Origin: Elsinoe ampelina
Lineage: Eukaryota
DNA: 64,000 nt
Reading direction: 5' to 3'
Assembly (NCBI GenBank): GCA_010093995.1
Contig: ML992507.1
Location: 1,237,868 to 1,301,867 of the forward strand
Shown one piece after another: positions 1 through 10,560 of this stretch (within the stretch, counting starts at the first letter, position 1; the number at the start of each line of letters is the position of its first letter). The notes beneath the pieces were generated by a model. It made no database searches. It was given only the letters and a program-made list of their open reading frames with translations, and was not told the origin of the DNA. The translations under genes were made by a program, and so were the position numbers.

Positions 1-5
1 TCATT

Positions 6-2051
6 ATGCCACAGCCAAGACTGATCGATCCAGCCGTCTTCTTCGACATTGTCAAAATCAGGCGAGCCATCGATGAGGCTACGGAAGAGGCTGTTCGTGC
101 GAACAGTGGCGTCAGCAATGTCGGCAATTCCTCCCGGTACGATCCGTTCGGTGGAGGTCAACAGCCTGCATCACAGATGAGTAAGGAACGCATACACCGA
201 GTACGCCAAAAAGCCGTGAAGCTGCTTGCCAAGGCCTATGCATTGGACGAAGTGGCGGCAAGTGTGGTCACAATGTCTTCAAGCTCGTCTCTTGAAGACG
301 TCGCCGAGCATGTGTTACGACGGGACAAGGAGGACATCGACGCTAAGTACGTGCACTTCTTCCACGAGAAGATCCCGTCAAGGATGGAGGAGCATACGCC
401 GTTGACTCCGCTGGACGAAATCATGGCGAAGATGGCCTGGGAAGCTCAAGGTGCTCCGTTCAGGACCAGAGGCTTAGTGCGCATCATGAAGAGTGACTTA
501 GAGCACGCAGCAGATGACTTTACATACTCGTTGAGGATTGCACAAGAGCTGAAGAAGCGACACAAGCCGGGTAACGACCAGCTCGTCCTTGCCAAAGACT
601 TCAAGAAAGCTCAGGAACAGTGGGAGAGGAATCCAAAATCGATACCGCAACTCAAGGACGATGAGCAACCAACAAGTATGGAGCAGCAATTGTTCTTCAA
701 TCGCGGTAACGTCTATCTTGCACTGGCTTGCGATAGCGTGCACGAGTCACTAAATGGGCTGGACGGATACATGCGAAAAATCACACCAGACCCCAAAACT
801 GGCAACACCGAAGACCTGACGCCGAAGGAGGTTCAACAGCACTCCATCCGGCTTGAAGCTCGCAAACGAGTCAAGACGTATGCGAAGAGAGCGTGGAAGG
901 ACTACATGTCTTTCCTGGGCTTCTTTGACTACACACCTGGCTTCCCAAATGAGGTCACCCAGGAGATTATGCAAAGGGTGTACGACATCGCCGACGGGGC
1001 TAAGTCCAATGTGAATGGTCATCACGATGATGATACTCACTCAGCCTTGAGCTCGATCCGTCGAGATGCTCTTGCGGTCAAACAATCCAGCAAGCCATCG
1101 CCATTCGATCTATCTTCTATTCCTCCACCAAAAGTGTACTCCTCGGATGCCCTATTCGCCTCTCAACCTCTTCCCGATCTACCACCTTTTCCAAGTTCCG
1201 AGCCTCCGAACAACAATCCGGCTTCTTCAATCCCTGGTGTGCGTGAAGCGCTCACGTATCACCCTCTTTTGCCCGATGCCCTGCATTCTCTTCTTCTCAC
1301 GCACTGCCTCCTACAGACGTCCCCAACCGAATTGCAACGCCATGCTCACTCCGCCGCTCGCCTCTCCCGCATAGCTGACGGCTATCCTATCTTTCAACCC
1401 CCGCGCTCTCCAGCCCGCGCCGACTGGATCGAGATTCTCCGCAAATGCAACAATTGGATCAAGCTCCCCATGGGCTGGGCAGAAATGTGCCGTCCAGTCT
1501 CCGCCGCCGCCAGCACCAAACCCAATACCAACGGCACGGTAGCCAGGAACGGCCAGTCAGCTTCAAAGCCTACGGAGACCGACAAAGAACGTAAGAATCG
1601 GATCCGTCAACAGGCCATCGCCGACGCCATGGGCGACGAGCGTGTAGTCGACGAAGAAACCTTCCATCAATCCGTGTCTGCTCGCGAGAAACGTGCAGAG
1701 GAAGATGAAGAGCGTGACAAGCGCCTCTTCACCCCTGTAACTCCGGGGGATAAGCTTCTCCAAAACGGTGCCGCAGCTGTTGGCAAGGCAGAAGCGCGAG
1801 AGCGATTGAAGGATGAGAAGTTGAAGCGCTGGGCGGAGGATGAGGCGTTGAAGGAGTACCCCGTCACTACAGAACGTGTGGAGGCGATCAGTAGGTGGGT
1901 CAGAGAGGCGCCCGGGGTCATGCCTGGTGCCCCGACGAGAAAGAAGAAGAAGGCTGCGGGAAAGAGGAAGAAGAAAGAGGGTGTGCTGGAAGGGATGGAG
2001 GGGCTGAGTGTGCAGGATGGAGTGGGAGAGGTGGAGGAGGGGCCGGATTGA
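6..2051 (+). CDS. Conserved fungal hypothetical protein with TPR-like helical segments; probably 5'-incomplete at the window edge
   Basis: 681-aa ORF with plausible composition; TPR-like stretches (RTRGLVRIMKSDLEHAADDF, LFFNRGNVYLALA); motifs HFFHEKIPSR, TYHPLLPDALHSLLL and DGYPIFQPPRSPARADWIE; Lys-rich tail. Confidence 0.75.
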   Translation: MPQPRLIDPAVFFDIVKIRRAIDEATEEAVRANSGVSNVGNSSRYDPFGGGQQPASQMSKERIHRVRQKAVKLLAKAYALDEVAASVVTMSSSSSLEDVAEHVLRRDKEDIDAKYVHFFHEKIPSRMEEHTPLTPLDEIMAKMAWEAQGAPFRTRGLVRIMKSDLEHAADDFTYSLRIAQELKKRHKPGNDQLVLAKDFKKAQEQWERNPKSIPQLKDDEQPTSMEQQLFFNRGNVYLALACDSVHESLNGLDGYMRKITPDPKTGNTEDLTPKEVQQHSIRLEARKRVKTYAKRAWKDYMSFLGFFDYTPGFPNEVTQEIMQRVYDIADGAKSNVNGHHDDDTHSALSSIRRDALAVKQSSKPSPFDLSSIPPPKVYSSDALFASQPLPDLPPFPSSEPPNNNPASSIPGVREALTYHPLLPDALHSLLLTHCLLQTSPTELQRHAHSAARLSRIADGYPIFQPPRSPARADWIEILRKCNNWIKLPMGWAEMCRPVSAAASTKPNTNGTVARNGQSASKPTETDKERKNRIRQQAIADAMGDERVVDEETFHQSVSAREKRAEEDEERDKRLFTPVTPGDKLLQNGAAAVGKAEARERLKDEKLKRWAEDEALKEYPVTTERVEAISRWVREAPGVMPGAPTRKKKKAAGKRKKKEGVLEGMEGLSVQDGVGEVEEGPD

Positions 2052-2245
2052 TTCTTGGCGATTGAGGTCGACAGTGATTTGGCTGGTTTCGTTGATGTTG
2101 ACAGGGCCAACACAACATTCGCCATACTGGTAAGTTACAGGATAAATTCGCCTTGAATAGCCCGCGCGATTAATGCAAAATTGAGATCAATCGTATCACA
2201 TTGCATTCCATATGCACTACATCACCCAACTACCCTACCCACCCC

Positions 2246-3655
2246 TCAAGCCGTGCAACTCCCCGGCGCCTCCCTCGCAAACGCCAACAGCTCCGGCTCC
2301 CTCGTCGTCCTCGGCTGTCCAACCAACAAATTCAACCCCGCCACCACCACCGCATTCTCCGTAACCAAAAACTCCCCCAGCCCCAGTCCCTCCGCCAAAT
2401 ACCCCCCACACAAACCCCTCACATCCACCCTCTCCACCCTCCCGGGCCCTGCATTCGCCATCGCATCCCGCAAAAACGCCACCGCAAGCGGATGATACAG
2501 TATCCCCTCATGGGTATACACCGACCCAGCCAGCTGGCCGGCACAAACACTCTGCACCTCATAATTCGCCGCGCCCACGCCGCGGTCGTCGCGGAGGAAA
2601 GCACTCGCCAGCTCGCCGGACTGGGGCTGCACGATCTGGTCCAGCAGGGCGGAGTAGACGCTCGTGGTCGGGACGTAAGCGCTGTCCCCGCCGTCGGAGC
2701 GCAAGGCGGAGATGTAGTCGCTCGCGTCGAGGTATTGCTGCTGGTAGACGGCGGGGCTGCAAGGCGCGAGACCGTCCGGGCAGATGAAGTTTGCGTTGAT
2801 CGTGCCGGCGTAGTCGGCGGAGAGGGCGATGTGGTCGGAGGTGGTCAGGCGGGTGGATGGGAAGTATTTGAGGGCCCATTGCGTGTTGATGTTGCCTTGG
2901 GACCAGGCGGTGATGGTGACGTTGCGGGAGGTGAGGGATGCGATGTAGTTGAGGGCGTAGGCGGCGTATTGGGCGTTGAGTTGGGCGTCGTTGGTGAGGG
3001 AGTCGGGGACGTTGATCCAGATGGGGTCGGCCCAGGGGACCGAGGTGAGGAGGGGGATGAGGTTGCCGGAGAAGGTTTGGTAGCCTGTGTTGCCGGTGCC
3101 GGGGAAGAGGATGACGGGGGGTTTTTGGCCGAAGGTGAAGGTGGGGGGGATGTAGATGGCGGCGCGGAGGGAGGATTCGGGGAGGGTGTAGGGGGCGTCG
3201 CAGGGAAGGCGTTGAGGGTAGACGAGAGTTGGTGGGTCGGGGTTGGTATTGGAGATGCTGTTTTGGTCGGAGAATTGGCCGGCGATGCCGTCGATGAGGG
3301 TGGTGAGGGTACCGGAGATCAGACCGTTGGCTTGTAGCAGAGCGCTGTACTCGAAGATGTTGGCTGGTTTGCTGTTTTGGACGATCTGTGCGATTCTCTG
3401 TCTGGCTTGGTCTACGGATGAAGGACTGGAGGTGGGCGTTGCTTTTCGCAGATTGCTGAGGATGCCATCTACATTACCCTTGGAGACGGCATCCTTGATA
3501 CCCCCAAGCACACCGCTGAGTAGATCACCGATGATCTGACGCTCTTCTAGTTCAGACGGATCTTGTGAGGCGTTTGGCACTGCTATAGGTTGCGGTGCTG
3601 GAATAGCCACAGCTGCAGCCAAAAGTGTGGCGAAGAGGGCGAATGTGGACCTCAT
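2246..3655 (-). CDS. Secreted lipase, Candida antarctica lipase B (CalB)-like alpha/beta hydrolase
   Basis: Signal peptide MRSTFALFATLLAAAVA from ATG 3655; PVILFPGTG; nucleophile elbow AWSQG (CalB TWSQG); catalytic Asp region LDQIVQP; His region YTHEG. Intronless. Confidence 0.9.
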   Translation of the reverse strand: MRSTFALFATLLAAAVAIPAPQPIAVPNASQDPSELEERQIIGDLLSGVLGGIKDAVSKGNVDGILSNLRKATPTSSPSSVDQARQRIAQIVQNSKPANIFEYSALLQANGLISGTLTTLIDGIAGQFSDQNSISNTNPDPPTLVYPQRLPCDAPYTLPESSLRAAIYIPPTFTFGQKPPVILFPGTGNTGYQTFSGNLIPLLTSVPWADPIWINVPDSLTNDAQLNAQYAAYALNYIASLTSRNVTITAWSQGNINTQWALKYFPSTRLTTSDHIALSADYAGTINANFICPDGLAPCSPAVYQQQYLDASDYISALRSDGGDSAYVPTTSVYSALLDQIVQPQSGELASAFLRDDRGVGAANYEVQSVCAGQLAGSVYTHEGILYHPLAVAFLRDAMANAGPGRVERVDVRGLCGGYLAEGLGLGEFLVTENAVVVAGLNLLVGQPRTTREPELLAFAREAPGSCTA

Positions 3656-4297
3656 TTTCACGACTTGAGAGCAAGATGACTTACCGGACGTGCCTCACGG
3701 GCATTCGGATTACTTATACTTGGACACGCTATGATCGTCAACAGCAGATCTGTGGTTCAATGCCATCACGCACGCGCCTCCTACATGCCGGGGCAAACGG
3801 CGCTGTTGCAGGGCAGAGACATGTTGATCAACTTGATCTTCCGTCATGGTGGTAGATGGAAAAGAGGGTTCGTGAGAATTGGGCAGGGATCAGCTCGATT
3901 TAGCCAAAAGGGGGACAAAAGTTGCCTCGGCACACGCGAATCCGGCAAAGTCAAGTCCCGGCGTCTTGGTAGACTAAACCCTATCCGTCAGCAGTGGACA
4001 TGGAAACAGCTTGACATCATTTCATTCGAGACAAGCAGCTCTTCAAGTGATATCATTTTTTGAAGTGGAGCCTATGTTGCTAATGTGACTTTAGAAAGTC
4101 TTAATCAAGTCACGACACGAGGACCTACATGGCTTAAGCATCTCACTGCAGTGACCACGGTTGCTCCCGGGTTTTCCTTTGGAGCATGCCGTGATGCGGG
4201 GCTGGAAACCGCAGGGCGTGTCTGACTTTCCATTCCTTGTTCAACAGCTTGATCTTAGGAATCATCATTATCGTAGGTCATGAGAGTACCATACACC

Positions 4298-5659
4298 ATG
4301 GCAAAACCGTATACTGTCGCTGTGCCAGACGATGACGTTCAAGATCTCAAGACGAGGTTATCTCGAGCTCGTTTTCCAGACGAGGTAAGTCATGTTCACA
4401 TTTTCATCATGACCAGATGGCGACTTGCGGACGAAACAATAGAAAGCCATGACTTCTCTGCTCTCTCGTACCTATCGTCATATCATAGCATCTGACCCGG
4501 ACAGCTCGACGAGGCAGCATGGGATTACGGAGCTCCCCTCAAAGACGTCAAACGTCTGTCGACATACTGGAAAGACCAATTCGACTGGCGTAAGGTCGAG
4601 TCGGATCTGAACAAGCTCCCTCAACTCCAGACCGAGATACACGTTGCAGGCTTCTCGCCAATCGACTTGCATTTTATTCACCAGAAATCTACTGCCTCCA
4701 ATGCTATCCCGCTCCTGTTCGTTCATGGCTGGCCAGGATCATACCTTGAAGTCACGAAAATCCTACCGCTTCTTACTTCCACCACTTCTGGTCAATCTTT
4801 CCACGTCGTTGCCCCCTCACTCCCAAATTATGCTTGGTCTTCAGGCATAGCCACTCGTGGTTTCGGTTTGACACAATACGCCACCACCTGCCATCTCCTT
4901 ATGCAGTCTCTTGGCTACACAAAATACGTCACACAAGGAGGCGACTGGGGAATGTACATTACTCGAACGATCTCGCTCCTCTATCCTAAGCACTGTCTGG
5001 CGACCCACATCAACATGGTTCGAGCTTTCGCCCCGTCCTTCACATCTCATCCACTTCTTGCTCTCTCACATTCCATCACTCCTTACACCGAGAAAGAGAC
5101 TGCCGGTCTCGCTCGTACCCAATGGTTCGCAGAGGAAGGCTCAGGATACAAAGTCATACAATGCACCAAACCGCAAACTCCTGGCTATGGCGTGACAGAT
5201 TCACCTGTAGGCCTTCTCGCTTGGATCCTCGAGAAATTGCACGACTGGACAGATTCTTATCCATGGACCGAAGACGAGATCTTGACGTGGGTAAGCATAT
5301 ACTGGTTTAGTCGTGCTGGTCCTGCTGCGAGCTTCCGGATCTACTACGAGGCGACGCACGACAGCATCGGTGCTGGTGACACAGGCAAGGATGGTGGGCT
5401 ACCATTCACGAGTCGTGACCGGACGCAAAAGTATATCCCCCATGTCAAAGTCGGATTGGCGTACGCACCGAGAGAGTTGGCTTTGTTTCCCAGGAGTTGG
5501 GGACGTACATTGGGTGACGTGAGATTTGAGAGTGAGCATGAAGCTGGAGGCCACTTCCTGGCGCATGAGAAACCTGAGCAGGTGGTAGGGGATTTGCGGA
5601 AGATGTTTGATCCGAATGGCCCGTGTTCAGATGTTATCAAGGAGATATGGGCAAAGTGA
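4298..5659 (+). CDS. Epoxide hydrolase (microsomal/EHN type), 2 exons (4298-4384, 4505-5659)
   Basis: Exon 1 MAKPYTVAVPDDDVQDLKTRLSRARFPDE; GTAAGT...CTGAC...CAG intron; then AWDYGAP, HGWPGS, QGGDWG, DSPVGLLAWILEK and GGHFLAHE. Confidence 0.92.
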
Positions 5660-5744
5660 GAATCAGACTAGAGATATCATTCGTGCATATGTCCAGGATG
5701 CGAATCCCCCAAGTGTACATCCGGCGCTATGCAAACAATCTGCT

Positions 5745-7271
5745 TTACACTTTCTTCCACTTGACACAATCCACCCACATTCGTCTCCTTGCCCGCCTCT
5801 TCGCCTGGGTTAGAGTATCATCCCCAGCCTCCTCAGTCCCTACAACCTCGACCCCTTCCCCTTTCATCTCCTCCACCGCTCTCACCTCCCCGATCTTCCA
5901 ACCTCTTAGGAGGACACAGCATCCCGCGCCTGCGAGATACATGAATCCCACCAGCACCTGTGCCCCGAGATATCTTCCCCTTTCAAAACTCACAATCTCC
6001 AATCCAATAGGCTCACTGAATGTGCACGGCACCGCCAACACGACCCAAGTGATGCTCAGCGCGCTCGGCACGTCCTTGAGTCCCACGACCTCGACGGTCA
6101 CCGGAGCAATGACCGTCCAGAAGGTCCCGGCCACGGCTCCGCCTACCAAGGCATAAAAGATCAGCACTCCAAACGAAGTGGCAAAGATCCACACGACCAA
6201 CGCAAGCAGTCCAGCCATGAAAGTCGCAAAACAAGCCATGTTGATCCTCCCCACGGCATCAGAGAAGTACCCTATCGGAGGCCTGCCCAACCCCTGGCCC
6301 AAATTCAATATCGCCGACACCACACTCGCCTGACTCGCCGACAACCCCACGGCCCTCGCATAACTCGCCAACGAAAACAACAACACCACATACCCCAGCA
6401 TGGAAAACCACCCAAACCCAAGCAGCAACAAATACTCCACCCTCCTAAACAAACTCCAATCAAACGCCAACTGACTCGCCCCAATCTGCTTATTCCGATC
6501 CCTCACCACCAACGAGCAACCCGTATTCACCACCAACGCCACAATCCCCAGTATGCGAAAAGTCCACGGCAACCCCAAATTCCTAATCATCGCCCCGGAC
6601 GCAAGCGAATACAACAACCCCCCAAACCCACTCCCCGCCGTGGCGATCCCATTCGCCAAAGACCTCCTTGTGGTGAACCACTGGGGGACAATGCCCACAC
6701 TGCCGACGAACAAAAACCCCATGCCAAGACCGAAACACACCCCCTGCGTCAAGAACAAATGCCACATCTCGCTCGCAAAACTGGCCGCGATCAACGACCC
6801 AGCTTCCAGCGCCGTCCCGATGAGTAGGGTCGTGCGGGTACCGTACTCCCTCGTCGTGATGGTGGCGAGGGGCGAGAGGAGGAGAGCGCAGGATATGCTG
6901 AGGGAGCCGACGAAGGCGAATTGCAGCGGGGAGGAGGAGGGGTAGAGGTTGGTGGTTAGGTAGTGCGACAGGAAGACGCCGTACGACGAGTTGATGCCCC
7001 ATGTGTGTGCGTTGATGAGGGCGACGCAGAGGGTGCAGAGCCAGCCGTAGCCGCCGTTGGGGGGGATGTCGGGGGCGTGGTTGGGTGGAGGTTGGGAGGT
7101 GTCGTCGGAGGTGGAGCGGGAGTCATCTATGGCAATGTCGTCTTTCGAGGAAATGCTGGCGCGGGGACGAGCCCGAGTGATCGGTTCGTGTACATCTCCA
7201 GATCCCAATCCAGGTACGGATCCGGGGCGCGGGGCCTCGCCGCTGTCGGGGGGGTCATTCTTCTTGTACAT
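5745..7271 (-). CDS. MFS transporter, monocarboxylate-porter (Mch-like) family
   Basis: 508-aa ORF with PPNGGYGW, WGINSSYGVF, PQWFTTRRSLANGIATAGSGFGG and SDAVGRIN; about 12 hydrophobic segments. Confidence 0.9.
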   Translation of the reverse strand: MYKKNDPPDSGEAPRPGSVPGLGSGDVHEPITRARPRASISSKDDIAIDDSRSTSDDTSQPPPNHAPDIPPNGGYGWLCTLCVALINAHTWGINSSYGVFLSHYLTTNLYPSSSPLQFAFVGSLSISCALLLSPLATITTREYGTRTTLLIGTALEAGSLIAASFASEMWHLFLTQGVCFGLGMGFLFVGSVGIVPQWFTTRRSLANGIATAGSGFGGLLYSLASGAMIRNLGLPWTFRILGIVALVVNTGCSLVVRDRNKQIGASQLAFDWSLFRRVEYLLLLGFGWFSMLGYVVLLFSLASYARAVGLSASQASVVSAILNLGQGLGRPPIGYFSDAVGRINMACFATFMAGLLALVVWIFATSFGVLIFYALVGGAVAGTFWTVIAPVTVEVVGLKDVPSALSITWVVLAVPCTFSEPIGLEIVSFERGRYLGAQVLVGFMYLAGAGCCVLLRGWKIGEVRAVEEMKGEGVEVVGTEEAGDDTLTQAKRRARRRMWVDCVKWKKV

Positions 7272-7499
7272 TTGATGGTCTATAGAAGGGAGAAATTGTC
7301 ACCGCTTCATGATACTTAGGAGAGATGAGTCGCACATTACAGAAGGAAAACATGCGGGGCAAGGGAGAGGCAAGACGGAATAAAAGAGGGAAAAATATGT
7401 GTCAAACGGAACATCGGCGTTGGAAGCTTAAATTCAAGGCCGCGGCGGGGATAGCACGGGTTTGAGCCATGATGTCGCAACCATTGAATTACTGTGCCT

Positions 7500-7830
7500 A
7501 TAATTTGCTTGCATTTATTCAAGATTATACTCATTGTAGTAGATACATCTTACTTGCCTATGTAGCTACTACGATGTGTACTTTATATACTTACTACTAA
7601 TACTTTCTATATAATAATCTAATATCTATAGATTTAAAATGATTATTATTCTCTATAACAAGTATATTTAATAATATAATACATGTCTTTAATCAGAAGT
7701 AAATCTAGAAACTAAGCTATAAGCAATAAGGTATAAGAGCAATAAAGATACCATAGTATATAAACATTATGTAGCAGTAGTCTTGAAACTTCCGAAAGTA
7801 GTAAACTTAAGTGCTCAATCCTGATAGCAG
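7500..7830. other. AT-rich, TpA-enriched patch (RIP-like relic)
   Basis: Abrupt drop in GC with dense TA dinucleotides (e.g. ttactactaatactttctatataataatctaatatctatag); origin not identifiable. Confidence 0.55.
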
Positions 7831-8154
7831 ATCAATCAGTAGATGGAAATACAGGGCGCGGCGCATCTTCTTTCAGCTGGATCGAGAAGGTGAGTTCGCG
7901 CCTCACTACTTCATGTTTCATTACTTAGCTGTCGCAGGGTCAAAACCTTCGAGCCGACAAGCATCGTGATCTGCCGGGCAGCTTCCGGTGGCGTTCGCTG
8001 CGGCTAACACGATCTCCCTACAGCCCTTCCACTCTGATAGGCACCAGGCTCCCTTGTTGACGATCGCTGACTCGACCAAAGACCCCCCATTTAACGATGC
8101 TCGCGCTCATGCATATCCCATCGCCTTTTGAGCGATGTTTCGTCAGGCATACCA

Positions 8155-9693
8155 ATGGCGTCAGCGGTGAACAAGGACGAGAAGCAGCTCGAGCAACCCT
8201 CGAATGCGCTCAGCCAGGATAATAATCCCAGATCTAGTCTTGGTCGATTGGGACGAAAACGACCCTGAGAATCCGCTCAACTGGTCACCGACGCGAAAAT
8301 GGCTGATCGTATTCGCCATCTCATGGATGGGATTTGTCAGGTACGCGTCTCTTTGTGACCCCTGTTATACATAAGATGAGAAGAACTTAAGTGCAATAGT
8401 GTCTTCGCGACAATAACAATCACACCTACAGCCCCGCAGGTTTTGGAAGAGTTCAATTCGCACAGCACACTCAAGCGGACCTTGCTTGTCACGATCTGGG
8501 AGCTTGGGGAAGGCATTGGACCTTTCTTCATCGCACCACTATCCGAAAAATATGGCCGGCTACTCGTATTCCACGTTGGAAACTTTCTTGCATTGTGTTG
8601 CCTGGTCGCCACCGCTCTGAGCGTCAACATCTCTATGGTCATTGGATTTCGGTTTCTGACCGGTTGCTTTCTCTCAATCCTCACACTAGGCCCCGCCACT
8701 GTCGGAGATCTATTCGAGGTGGAACAGACTGGCCTGACCATGGCGTTGGTCATGGGCCTGCAGATGGTTGCGGATTTCATCTCTCCCGTCGCAGGAGCGT
8801 ACATCGCTCAAGCTCTGGGGTGGCGGTGGTCGGTCTGGCTAGCAGCAATCGTGCTTGGATTCTTCAGTCTATTATTAGGCGCCGTGCTCAGGGAGACTTA
8901 CTCGGTCACTATTCTGGAGCGAAAAGCAAAGCGGCTGCAAAAGGATAGCGTTGACGGGAAGCATTATCGTTCCAAGCATCAGGCTAGAGTAGATGCAGTC
9001 ACCGTGTTCGAGTCCGCTACCAAGCCAATCGGAATTCTCGTCCGGTCTCCTATCATCATGCTAACGACTGGTTACATGGCTATCAAGTACGCTCTAGTCG
9101 CACTCATCCTTGCCACGCTCACTCCGATCATGGAATCGACATATCCCAGGGTATTTTCTCGTGGCTCCGTGGGCTTGACGTTCTTGAGTCTTGCCGTTGG
9201 CAACACGATCGCTCTGGTCTTCTACAGCGTTACCTCCGATCGCTTCGTATCGTATCAGTGCAAAAAGAAAGGTGATGCATTCAGACCAGAGTCACGACTT
9301 GTACACTTGTTTGCTGCTTCCATCATCCTTCCTGTAGGATTCATACTCTATGGCTGGACGCTGGCTTATCGCGTCCACTACATGGTCCCCCTTGTGGGAG
9401 CAACCATCGCGGGTATCGGAATGACGCTTTCGACTTTACCGATCGAGACATACGTCGTGAATGTCTTCAAAATCCATGGCGCGTCTGCGATAGCCGCTGG
9501 TGTCATCTTTCGATCGAATTGTGGAGCATTCCTACCATTGATCGGCCCCCCTTTGTACTAATGCATTGGATTGGGCTGGGGCAATACCGTGCTGGCCTTT
9601 GTCGCAGCCGCTTTCATACCACCTTTGGGCTTGCTGGTGAAATATGGGGATTGGTTTCGGAGCAAGGAACGATTCACGTCGTCCGAACGATAG
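8155..9693 (+). pseudogene. MFS drug:H+ antiporter (DHA1 family) pseudogene
   Basis: VDWDENDPENPLNWSPTRKW motif; intron 8341-8399; APLSEKYGR; LGWRW; RPESRL. In-frame TAA at 9559-9561 interrupts PPLY*CIGLGWGNTVLAF, and the frame runs on to TAG 9691-9693. ATG 8155 is out of frame by one base with the VDWD motif; an in-frame ATG exists at 8204. Confidence 0.75.
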
Positions 9694-10089
9694 TATGGGT
9701 GGAGTATGACCGCTGAAGACGGTACCTGACAGTCGACTCACACTGCGCGCCTCATCAAGGATTCTTGCGATGTTGCAAGACATCTGGTCAACAACAGGGG
9801 TCGGCAAGGGCGATGTTGCATCGCTATGCAGGAGCATGTCCATCTGTCGCCGTAAGCTAGCTACTGACTCAAGGGCCTGCTGCAAGATGTGGTGCAGCTC
9901 ACTATCAGTGCCGCTGGATTTCCATGCAGTCTCATCGAGATAAGGCGTGTATGATCTCCAGCTGATCTTGATGCCATATATCATGAGGTTAGCGGGATGC
10001 GATTCGATCGATCGGACGAGATCCTAAGAGTTCTTGATATTGCTTGTCTTACAGTGCCGATATCTTGTACTCCTTTGTCACGCTTGGCC

Positions 10090-10300
10090 TCTGTTTCTCC
10101 GTACTTAAGGTAGTACTCACTAACCTTTTATAATCTTTTAGTAGAGAATAAGTCTTGTATACTTAAGTATATATATAATCTGATATAGATAAATTATAAA
10201 TAACGTATTTGTGCTTAATAGCGTTTCTTAATTTACATACATACTAATAATCAATATTATCAATTTTAATATCATAAGGCATAGAACAACTTGAAAGGTG
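10090..10300. other. AT-rich, TpA-enriched patch (RIP-like relic)
   Basis: Local TA-saturated sequence (acttaagtatatatataatc, aaattataaataacg) inside otherwise GC-balanced DNA. Confidence 0.55.
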
Positions 10301-10560
10301 TAGCTGCCTTGCCCTAAACCACATGTGCACCTCGGGATTTTCGAGGTCGGGGGCATGTCGCTGTACACCCTATGATCCTGGAGAGAGCACGACTGCCGAC
10401 TGGGCGGTGTGGTATGGTTGGGTACACATGTGTTGTTCTGGTGATAAAGCACGCACAAGGATATGCAGCAGTCCCGATGGAGCACCATCACGGGATCGAT
10501 ATAGCGTGTACAAACACGGTTACAGCGTCCATGGTCGTTCGTGCTGGTTTTCCATCTCCA

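Noticed and set aside
2201..3337. 378-aa ORF antisense to the lipase
   Set aside because: P/R/H-rich then G/V/E-rich composition simply mirrors the skew flip; it is a shadow of the real gene.
4155..4195. Imperfect hairpin in the lipase/epoxide hydrolase intergenic region
   Set aside because: Short stem compatible with chance; no tRNA or snoRNA features.
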